From contig NMRA01000605.1 in NCBI GenBank assembly GCA_002633005.1, positions 66,185 to 130,184 on the forward strand: a stretch of DNA of 64,000 bases, read 5' to 3'. Below are positions 1-12,000 of the stretch, in pieces (position 1 is the first letter of the stretch; the number at the start of each line of letters is the position of its first letter). The translations under genes and the position numbers were made by a program. The notes beneath the pieces were generated by a model, which was given only the letters and a program-made list of their open reading frames with translations, was not told where the DNA came from and ran no database searches. Source of the stretch: Phoronis australis. Lineage: Eukaryota; Animalia; Phoronida.

Positions 1-7
1 ATTCCAG

Positions 8-3000
8 TCGACGACCCACTACAGACCGAGTCCAGAGCGCCTGCACGCTCAGATCCGCTCTATGAACTTGAGCCAGGAGAATGTGATGCGTATTCTGTTG
101 GAGAACAACACATTAATTAAACAAATGTCTGATGAGCTTAGGATCACCAACCGTGAAGTAGCTACACTGAAGGTATGGGCATGTGATTAAACAGTCTGCC
201 ATCTATGCATGTTATGTTTTGATGGCATATAGTGAGACGTATACTTTGAAATACAGAAAATTTGAAAGCATCCTCACCCATGTTTACGGGGACTTTTGAG
301 CTGGCTATGTTGCATTCTTGACTCGAGGAAGTAGAAGAATCTAGCAACTGGTGACTCAGAACCTGTTGGAGGAATCTTTTATCAGGTTGCAAATTAAAGG
401 GATTTAGTTGTGTTCACAGTATACAATGGGCTGTGAGAGGGTAAGCAAATTGTACATTAGTTTGGACATCTTTTTTTCACCTAATTCTTTGCATTCTGTT
501 AGACAAGTATAATTATCCGGTAAACAACAACAGCAGTGTGAGATGAACGAATTCAATGCAAGTTATTCTTTCTTTCAAGGCTGAGATCCAGAAGGTCGGA
601 GAGTCGACAGAGAAGGCCCTGTCCAAGCCTCCCCCAACACCCCCAGCACCCCAGCCCCCGGTGTTCCAACCTCCCAACCAGTACCCGTACCCATACCCAG
701 CCTACCCTCCCTATGCTTATCCCCAGCCCCCGTTCCCCGCCCTTCCTTCTGGCCACCATCTCCCAATACAGGCCAGCATGCCCCACTTAACACAGCAGCT
801 AACTCAGCCTCCATCNNNNNNNNNNNNNNNNNNNNNNNNNNNNNNNNNNNNNNNNNNNNNNNNNNNNNNNNNNNNNNNNNNNNNNNNNNNNNNNNNNNNN
901 NNNNNNNNNNNNNNNNNNNNNNNNNNNNNNNNNNNNNNNNNNNNNNNNNNNNNNNNNNNNNNNNNNNNNNNNNNNNNNNNNNNNNNNNNNNNNNNNNNNN
1001 NNNNNNNNNNNNNNNNNNNNNNNNNNNNNNNNNNNNNNNNNNNNNNNNNNNNNNNNNNNNNNNNNNNNNNNNNNNNNNNNNNNNNNNNNNNNNNNNNNNN
1101 NNNNNNNNNNNNNNNNNNNNNNNNNNNNNNNNNNNNNNNNNNNNNNNNNNNNNNNNNNNNNNNNNNNNNNNNNNNNNNNNNNNNNNNNNNNNNNNNNNNN
1201 NNNNNNNNNNNNNNNNNNNNNNNNNNNNNNNNNNNNNNNNNNNNNNNNNNNNNNNNNNNNNNNNNNNNNNNNNNNNNNNNNNNNNNNNNNNNNNNNNNNN
1301 NNNNNNNNNNNNNNNNNNNNNNNNNNNNNNNNNNNNNNNNNNNNNNNNNNNNNNNNNNNNNNNNNNNNNNNNNNNNNNNNNNNNNNNNNNNNNNNNNNNN
1401 NNNNNNNNNNNNNNNNNNNNNNNNNNNNNNNNNNNNNNNNNNNNNNNNNNNNNNNNNNNNNNNNNNNNNNNNNNNNNNNNNNNNNNNNNNNNNNNNGCTC
1501 TGCAGCCAAAAATGTGTGGGGTTGGGAGTGCGGATGGGCGAGCTAAGAGGACGCAGACGCAAGGTACTGATGGTGGTAACGTTTTTTTTTTTTTAGACCT
1601 GATTTTTGTCGAGGAAAGGTTCACATTGACCATTTCAAGGCATGATTTGGGCCGTAAAAGTTTCCGCGTTTTTTGTCATTGGTCATTCCAAGCCCTGTGT
1701 CTTGGTCACAAAATCATTAACTGCTTTTTTCTGCAAAATTTTTCAATATCAAAGATAGATTCTGGCTGACGTCATTGGTGAGATGAATTTTTTGATGTCA
1801 GATAAATAAATGGCTTTCAGGCATGTTGTTCTAATAAGTGACAAAAACGTAACTCGCTGTCCGGTGGTCTTAGTTTAAATGGAATTGGATTTGGTAATAC
1901 TGTTCTTAAAATTGTAATAATTATCAAATTTAAGGTCAATGATGGTACAACTACTTTCAAGTTGCCGGTCTCTGTGGCCGACACCCCTCCGACAGAAACA
2001 TCGACACCGAGTAGCTTCACCAAGGGTAGACTGCCGCCACTATTTGATGCTAACTCCATTGTCCACCTAGAGGCTGGTCCAAAGACACCCAAAACACCGT
2101 GCTCAGATCAAGAGTACGACACCAGTAATGAAGGTATAGTGTGAAGAAGCATAAAGTTAACCTTGTAGCAGTTTCGTTGAATTTGGTTGAAAGCTGTGAA
2201 AAATAGTCCCAAGAGTTTAATGAATACTGTCCTGGTGTATGCTAGATCTTAAAGGGACTACCACATGTGCTTTTGTGGGCCCAGTAGTCTGCAACAGTAA
2301 ACATTGTTAAGATACAACAAATTTGGTAGCGTGCCAAAAATACCACGTATGAGTTCTGTATTACACATCTTGTATTTTTGTTAAGCTGCAAGTGTGAACT
2401 TATTACACAATTTGAATTACTTTTTCTGACCAAATGCTAAGTTTCAAAACAATTAAACCTGGACTTGCCATTGAATTACATATGTGTGCCAACATAATAG
2501 TCACACTAAGTGGGAGCCTCGGATATACTCGCACAATCTGATTTGTTACACCGTGGCACTCAAATAGGCAAGATGTTTTAAATCACCAACTTATCATTGA
2601 GATGGGACATCATGGTTAGTCTGCTAGAACATTTGCTTTCAGTATTAGGTACAGTGAGCAATGAATTGGCAGTAAAGTTGATACAACTTATTCACAGCTA
2701 GTCTTTTGTTAGAGTTGGCTTTGTCTATTGGGCCGTTATGTTCTGGCAGTAACACTGTATTATAAAAAAGCACTGTATTATCTCGTGTCAGCAGGCCTGA
2801 CTTGAGCCTGTTAATTGGATTACAGGTATTTAGGGGAACATTGAGAAATATTTTGTTTTTGCTGATAACAGGGAGGTCACTGTTGCTAAATGTTGTGAGG
2901 CTTAGACAATTCTTAGAGCATTTTTTTGTCTTTGAAATTCTTGGAAAATGTAGGCAATATTAAAGTGATATTGAAGTGACGATGTTTATGCTTATATCTT

Positions 3001-6000
3001 ATATTACCTAACTGTTACGTAACTGATGTGGAGATCAATCCATTGATTTATATAATAATGGGCTACAAGCTTAAATATACAAATTATTAAACTATTAAGT
3101 GACATAACCATGTTTAATGTTCAGTAATCTCATAATCACCATGTGTTGGTCAGGTCCCCACTTTGAGCCCATCATTCCTCTGCCTGACACAGTGGAAGTG
3201 AAGAGTGGCGAAGAGGATGAAATCGTCCTATTTGAATCACGTGCCAAGCTCTACCGCTGGGATGATAAGGAATGGAAAGAGCGAGGCCTCGGTCAGGTCA
3301 AGGTTTTACTAAATGAGACCACTGGCCGGGCTCGGCTGCTCATGAGAAGAGACCAGATTCTTAAGCTCTGTTTGAACAGTTCCATCACGGCAGAGTTGAA
3401 TCTGGTGGAGGGAAGTCAGCCAGGAGTGACATGGATATGGTACTCCATGGACTTTGCTGAGGACGAACCCAGACCAGAAAAGTTTTGCATTCGCTTCAAG
3501 ACCATGGACCAAGCACGACAGTTCAAGACTGAGGTAATGCTGGAGTCTTCTTTGAAAGGTGGTCACTCAAAGACTTAACAAAATGAATGTATTTAGTCAT
3601 AAAATTTCAAATGAAATTGCATTTCCACCCAGTTGCTCACAATATCATGACCTGTGTTTGTAAGTGTGTCATTCGCAGACAATGATCTGGTCAGTTCAAA
3701 AATGTTTCAGGTACATATAAATTCCCAAGTTGTAATTTTATATGTGTTTAATCATTTGTCCCTGTGTGTTGTTTAAGGCATTGTGTTATTAGTTCCAAAT
3801 AGCTGTCATCCAGTTTTTGAAAACATGCCTTATAATGAAACATAGAAAAACAGTTCGTCTTTAAAATTTAGACAAAAGTGTACTACACACGTTGATCGAA
3901 TTGTGTGAGCTAGTAAATGAAAAGCTTTGTCAATAACAGCAAACCAGAGGTCTGGAAAGGAATTGGAAATTCTTGCTTCAGTGCTCTGTTAATGTTTTCA
4001 ACAAGATACTCTGGTGTACATTATCCATTTATCGTAACCTTTGCCTCATTGTTTACAGGTAGATAAAATGGTTGAGAAGGCTAAACAAGTGTCACCCAGG
4101 AAACCATCAGAGCCTGTGCCAGACACAACCACAGTAGTCGCTGCTGAGAGTAAGCCTGTGGATGACCTCATGTCAAAGTTCAAGCCTCCAGCTGATAGTT
4201 GGACCTGTACTGGGTGTTATATTGTGAATGCTGCTGAAGTGGCTCAGTGTCCTGCATGTAACACAGTGAAGCCAGGCTCTACTTCTGCTGCTCCTGAGGC
4301 AGGTAAGTGGAATGGGGTGTGATGAGTGATAAATGTCAAATGGGCGTCTGTTTACAACAGGGGAGCCATGGTAATGGGGGAGAATCCAGTTTACTAGAGA
4401 AGGTACTGCTGGGGAAGTAGTATCTGCTCAAAAGTGCCGTAAAGCAGCAAATTTGGTTGTTTAGCTGCCTCAGGGGGACTTCCAGGGGTTGGCGTGTATT
4501 TTGCCGTCTTCTGGGGGGTCGCTGTTTTGGCATTGTGGTATTGTCTGCAATTAGGTATTTGGGTTTAGAGGTATTGTCTGGTACCATTAGTTTAACTTGG
4601 TGTCATTTCCCGTAGTTTTTCATTTGGTATTACCCGTAGTACCCATTTTCTGTCGCTCAGTTCTGAACATGTGGTACCACCAATGGAGGTGTCCACCTTT
4701 TGAGTGGAGTACAGGCACTCTTCAAATTTGATTAACTATGTCTGACCAACAGACTGTAAATATTTTGTAAATAGTGACATCTGACATGTTAATATATTTT
4801 TGTCATTTTGACCAAACATCAGATCCTAAACATGGTTAATAGTCAGCTAAATTTCGGTCTTTGCTAAGAACAGTTTCGGTGTTAGTTTTGCTAGTGAAAA
4901 TTCTTATTAAACAAAGGTAACACAATTTTCCCTGAAGTTATTCTGTTGGTCAAAGCCCAGACGAAAATTTTCACAAAATAAGCCCCTGAAGAATTCATGA
5001 GAGTAATTCTAATTTCTTTATTCTAAGGCACATTTCTGTCCTTTCACTTTAGCAGCTGCTGAGAATAAGCCAGTGGACGACTTCATGGCAAAGTTCAAGC
5101 CTCCAGCCAATAGCTGGACCTGTGATGGATGTTATATTGTCAATAGAGAGGAAGTGACACGCTGTCCAGCGTGTGAAACTGTGAAGCCAGGCTCTACACC
5201 AGCTGACTCAAACACTACATCCACTACAGGAGCAGGTAAGGGACTAGGTGGGAAGAGTTGGCATTGCTTATTAGCAGTTGCAAACAGGTTTACTTTTAAA
5301 TTATTGGGGGTAAGTCAAGGTTTCGAAATAAGTGCTTGAGCTTGTAATCCATGTTGTGCTTGATGACAGATACAATTGAGGTACAAACTTTGGTTGGAAC
5401 TTGAAATTTCAACTTTAATCTCAAATCTTTAGCGTGATGGTTTTCTAGGATTCTCAAAATAGAGCCAAATTTGGCCAACCTTACAACATCATATCTGAAA
5501 TTGCTGATTAGATTCATATGAAACTTTCATATACCATGCTTTATACACTGTTCAACAAAACTGTTGTAGGAATTGTTTTTAAAAATTTCCACTTTTGCAC
5601 GGGGGCTACCATAAAATAGGACTTTATGATTTTGATGAAAAAATGAAAATGCATAAAATTGGTATGAAGTCAAAAATCAAATGCCTAGTTGTCACTTTAC
5701 TAGGCATACTTTGTTCAGCAGTGATCAAATGAGTTTTTAGCTGATTTGTGAGAAAACTTTAATACTTTGACTGTTTACAGGAGCCTTTTCCATGAATCCC
5801 GGTGGTGGTTTCACATTTGGTTCTTCCTCTGTCGGGGGGTTCTCCTTTAAACCACCTGCACAGGTGTCTGATGACAAGTCAAGCGAGCAGGCAGCCTCCA
5901 CCAGCTCAGCAGCAGGTGAGTTGTTACTGTTGATGATACATTATTTCGTTAATCTTGTGTCTGTTTGGAAGCCATCTGCTAGTTCCAGTTTAAGTCCTTT

Positions 6001-9000
6001 AAGAGACACTTTGGTCTCTTGTCACTGATTATACTAATACAAGGTGATAGAGTTGTGGTGTTGTGTCTGAAGGATTCATGCTTTCATTTTCAGGCTTTTC
6101 ATTTGGCACTCCATCATCAGCAGCGTTCACGTTTGGTTTTGCGCCAACATCGGCTACAAGTAAGTTAGATAAATAAAGATGGTGGCCAGATGTTAACTGT
6201 TAACCAATGTCAATGTCCGGATATATATTTACTCCGGTTTTACGTATATTAACACCTGTCAGCTATAGTGTAGAATTTTAAGACAAACATGATAACATAA
6301 ATGTGACTCAGCACGACAAAATGAGTCTTAAGTCGGAAACTCCATTTTCTGACCAGACTGCAAAAGTAGCTTTCGGTGAAAATTAGGTCAAATTTTTTAT
6401 GGCAAATTATGATTATTCATTCGTTTTACTTCACAAAACATTGCTTTAAAACAAGTAAACTTCATTTTAAACCTCATTTTATTTTGAAAAACATCACCTT
6501 CTCCACGACTGGGTAGCTCATGAAATTTCCATCAAATTTTTCCAGTTTTCGTGACCCCATTGCTCAGTCAACCGATGACCCAATTCGTTTGTAAACTCAT
6601 CAACAGAAAGGTCAATCTCTGCTCATTATGCATGTAGTAATCTCTTTGAGTTTTTCGTCCAATCATTAGTCGTAATTTCACTTTTTTGCATTGGGATAAA
6701 TTCAACAGAAGTGCCACTCACCAGTCTTTTTGCTAGCAACGACCTTTTAACCTAATACATCGCCGACCTCATTCGCTAGAACTAGTTAAGTGGGCATGAA
6801 ACTGTGTGGTCGCGAGGTCACGACATATTTACAAGACAATAAGATGGCTGATCGCCGTGTAGCTGATATCTCAGTGATTAACTCTTGCTGCTGACTGCTG
6901 AATCAAGATCAGCGAGAATTGACTGATCTCATCGAAGAGCACATTTATGGATGGGGACAAGGAGGAATTTCGTGACAGCGACGAGTCGTCTGACGGCAGC
7001 AACTCATCGCCAGATGAGTTTCATGATCAACCCATCGGTTACGTTGGACTGGAACAAGCAGAACTTGAAGAAAACAGTCCGGATTTTCTTAATCGCAGAA
7101 CAATGTCTTGTACCTGTAAAGCCAGTTGATTGGGGTGCAAGCAGCTGAGTATTACTTCAAGAGAGAACAATCTTCGATAGGCTGAATCACTCGGTGAGAA
7201 GTCAAGGAAATCGTTGCACTGCAGACAGTGTCAGTTGACTTGGACAGGGATGAGTGATTGTCATTTTTTTTTCAAAATTATTTATACTAGCGTAAAAGTT
7301 TGAATTATTGTGAACAAAAGTCAGCCACTAATGTGTATTTTGTAATCTGCAGGACTTTGTTTTTTTAAACTTCTCCAAAATACACTTTTAACTACCTGTT
7401 TTATTTGCGGTAACCCCTCCTGCCACTAGTGGGCTGATCCTGTATACATTAGCTGAGAAATTTATTGACCCAGTTGCAGCAACCCAACATAAATATCACT
7501 CGTTTTTGGCTGAAATTACATGATAAGGTCTATATTTTTTCTAATTTTTTATTACTTTTATTTGTTTATATGGTTGTGTATACTAATAAGTCTAGAATGT
7601 AGCATTCAATTGCGTAATGCTATGGACATTTTAAAAACACAATCGGCATTTTTCTCGGCCATTTTCCTTGACTTTTGTAAGCTCTAAATTTTCGCTTTCC
7701 CTGACTAGAATTGGCAATAACTCGGTCATTTGTTAAGATAAGGACATGTTTCATATATCAAAATGATCAGAAAATACTGTATTTTCAGAAAAAAATAACA
7801 ATTACAAAAATAACAAATCCTGATTTAAGACTCATTTTGTGGTGCTGGGTCACAAATGTGCAATAAGTTGCTTTCAACTCTATTTGCGGAGGTATTATCC
7901 TGTCCAATGTACAGTACTTTCACTCAAAAGGTAAACCAATGTTTTTCACTTTTTGATTGATGTTAAAACCACATAGTGTGAAATTGTTTGATTCTCCTTT
8001 TCATGTCTGCAGGCTCTGTGTTTGGTTCTGGGCTAACTCTACAGAACAACTCTAGCACAGGTAAGACTTCTGACTCTAAAGTCTTCTGACTCTAAAGTAA
8101 AAAATAGTGAATTGGTCCTGGTCTGCACAAGATGTGAACTCAAGGATCATAACCATTTCAACTGTCATCAGCTTATAATTGGGAAGAAAAAAGGATCCCA
8201 GCTCAGCGTGCATCAGATGACTTTTTCTGTGTGATAACATCTCTGGCCAGTGAGATTTTGACAAATGGACAGTCTATTACAGCCATTTAGTCTGTTCTGT
8301 TATTTTATCATCTTCTGTAGGTACGAATTTATTTTGTAACTCACCATTAGGTACATCTTTTTTTTGTCACCCTCCGTTGCTTTATCTATTTTGTTGCTCT
8401 CCGGAGGTAGATCTATATTTCGTCACCCTCCATAGGTATTTCTGTATTCTGTCACCCTCCGTAGGTACACCTATATTTGGGGCAACTGCATCCTCCTCTG
8501 GATTCACGTTCTGTCCAAAACCTGACTCAACCACCATTGCAAAGGAGGACACTGCATCAGCTGAAACCAGTTTGGATCAGTTCAAACCAGCTGAGGGTGA
8601 GTGGAAATGTTTTGTGGGTTTGATCTACAACTCTGAAAATGTCACTAGCTGTGCTGCTTGTCAGAATGCGAAACCTGGTCGTGCACATGAAACCATTAAC
8701 CAGTGGAGAGTGTATCCTTACTTTAATTTTTATGCTATTTAGCTGACAGTTTTGTGTTTTTACACTCTGTGCTCTATTGTTGTACATTTTTCCTTGAAAT
8801 GCTTGCTTGCACTCAAAACTTGTAGTAACAATCCCAAAACAGGTGTTACACTTATTTTTGCACTATACGATACTAAATGATTGATTTTCAAAAAAACGCA
8901 TTAAGTAATTATGCTATTTTCTTTTGCCTATTCAGAGGCAGATTTCATTGTGGGTATCGAAAGAAGGATACCTTCAAAATGCTTGTCAGTAACTCAGGAA

Positions 9001-12000
9001 CAAATATAGAATTGTAACAAAAATGTTTCAGTGTGATAACATCTCTGGTTAGTGTGATTTTTGAGACATAGACTGTTTCGGCCTTTCAGTTTGTTCTGTT
9101 ATTTTGTCACCCTCAGAAAGTACATAATATTTTGCTGCTCTGTGTAGGTACATCAATATTTTGTTGACATTATGTGCCCCTATTTTTTTGTTACCTTTCA
9201 TAGGTATGTCTATATTTTGTTGCCTTCTGTAAGCCTGTCTCTATTTTGTCACCCTCCATAGGTACATCAATATTTGGGAAAACCACATCCTCTCGAGGGT
9301 TCACATTCTCTCCCAAACCTGACTCAACCACCAATGTGAAGGAGGACACTGCATCAGCCGTGACGAGTCTGGATCAGTTCAAACCAGCTGAACGTGAGTG
9401 GGAATGTTCTTTTTTGATCTACAACACTGAAGATGTCACTAGCTGTGCTGGTTGTAAGACAACGAAACCTGGTCACCCAGATGACGCCAAACCAGCAGAG
9501 AGTATACCCTCATTTTTATGCGCCCACATATTTATATCTGGATGCATTATCCCGTCATCCCCGTCCGTCCGACGTCTGTCTGGCTTTTGTTGCTCTATCT
9601 TCAAAACTCTTTGACGTTTGTTCATGAAATTTTGCATGTGTTCCTTTTATCGATGGGCGACATTAGCGAACTTTCGTACGGATTCGGCTTTCATTGTGTC
9701 CCCTAGTGGCAATTTCTTTACTTTACGAAACCACTCTTAGGGCGATTGTGAAAATACACGTGTGTTCTTACTATGAAGAGGATGGTGACGATGATTTTCC
9801 GACGACTTCGACTACTGTGGCGAATCCTAGTGGCATTTTTGTTTTGTTTTGCGCCCAAGGCTGTATCTCCTGAACCCTCTGCAGGATCTATGCTAAATTT
9901 AGCAAGTGTATTTATGTGAAGTTGACAATGACGACTTCCAGAAGGATCTGACTACCGGTGTCCTCCCTAGTGGCAGTTTTATTTTTTACGTTTGCCTCTG
10001 TATTTTCAAAGGTCCTCAACGGAGGACACTGCAAGATTTTTAGTAGTATGTGTATTTATATGAAATTAATAACAGACGACGACTTTCAGACGGATCCGAT
10101 GAACGCTGTGCACCTAGTGGCAATTTCATTTTTTCCATTTTCTTTTGTGGCATGTTCCTGTTTTCAGATGGATTCGTCATATTTTGTGCCATCTTGTGGA
10201 TATTTTTATGATACAAATAAACAACCCTAGAAGCACGCCATTTGCAGTTCATTTGTGGGCGCTCTTCATCGCTCTGCATTGCTACTGTAATTTTTTAATA
10301 TGATTTGACTAACCTCATTTTGTTTATTTACACTTTGACCTCTATTGCTATTTTTTTTGCTTGAAATGCTAATTTACATTCAAACCCTGTAACAATCGCA
10401 AAACTGATGTTATAGTATATTTTTGCCTTGTACAATATTGAATGAATCTGATTCGTTGGTTCCTTGAGCTTAAGGTAGGTGTATACACTGATCAAATCTC
10501 CAGGTTCCTAACTAAAATGAGTAAAAAGGGAGTTTTTACTAGTTAGACATGATTCTGAAAGTGACAAAAATCGAAAAAAAAATGTTTTTTTGTAGTTCGT
10601 TTTTTTTAAAAATCGTATTTTTTAATTTTCAACAAATCTAATTTTACCTCGAATTTTTTTTCAAAATGCACAGGGATCATCATCAACTATTTCCTTACGC
10701 AATATTCTANCAAACCCTGTAACAATCGCAAAACTGATGTTATAGTATATTTTTGCCTTGTACAATATTGAATGAATCTGATTCGCTGGTTCTTTGAGCT
10801 TAAGGTGCTGATTTAACCAACATAGGCACTGTTCTCATTACGATGGATTAGGCAGCCGTGAATTTGTTATGCTGGGATCAGTGAAACATGTTTTGTTTTC
10901 ACCAGAATCCCATTTTAGCCATGCACAGCTCTGTTTATATAAATTGTGCAATTCATGAAATCGCGAACTGAGCAAGGCCAACATGACTGTATTCATGATG
11001 TGGATATCTGGAGTAACACTGTTTTGCTAGACAGTCTAGAGTAATCTGCCTGTAGAAATTCTTCACGTCTGTAGAGCACAATATGGCTGAGAGGTAGACC
11101 ATTATTTTTGTCAAACAATAAGTGGAAACAATAATTGTGCTTTACGTAGTTTGTGCTTTTAACCGGCATAAAATAACCATTGGCAAACCTGTGACTATTT
11201 GAGGCGCGATAATTGGCTGTTGAGTAATCAGAAATGTCAGTCTTAAAGATCCTAGAATTAGTGACAAATAATTAAAATCTAAAATTAGCAAACAAAATAA
11301 ATATGTGAGCATAGCCTTTCCATTACATACAGATTTCTTGTTAATTTTAGAGCCCATAGGACAAGTCAGTTTTGCACCAAAAGGAGGGTTCGTCTTCAGT
11401 GGGTTATCTACTGTGCCTGCATCCACGCCACCTGTTGTTGAATCAACTAGTTCACAACTGACCACGACGGCAGCTGCAATTTCCAACAGCCAGACTCCCA
11501 TCTCTCCTCCAAAGTTTGTCCCATCTGGCTTCAACTTTTCTTTCACAATGGGTGAAAGCAGTAAAGCTAGCTCAGCTGACAAACCTGCCTCTACCAATGT
11601 CTTTAGTGGCTTTTCATTTGCGTCCAAACCAGACGTGTCAACGACTACAGTGGTAGAAGGAGATTCTGAACCTAAGAATGAGGCCCCCAAGCCATTTGCT
11701 GGTTTTTCACTGGTCAGCTCATCAACTACTGGCACGTCAGGATTCTCATTTAGCCAGCCCACTATCCCCACAACTGTAAGTGCTGAGGTCAACAATGAAG
11801 ATGACGAGGGACCGCATGAAACTAGTTATGAAGCGGATGTTTATTTCACGCCAATTGTCGAGCTGCCGGAAGCTGTGGCTGTTCAGAGTGGTGAGGAGGA
11901 AGAGGTGGCGCTGTTCTGTGAACGTGCCAAGTTGTTTCGCTATGACAGCTCGGCCAAGCAGTGGAAGGACCGTGGCATAGGTGAGATGAAGATCCTGACG

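Noticed and set aside
556-1633. Long ORFs of 236-352 aa
   Set aside because: They run through the N-gap; only the exon starting at 580 is supported.
11142-11795. 217-aa antisense ORF, also at 48126-48779 and 51004-51633
   Set aside because: Shadow of the Ser/Thr-rich sense exon; its recurrence is explained by the duplications.
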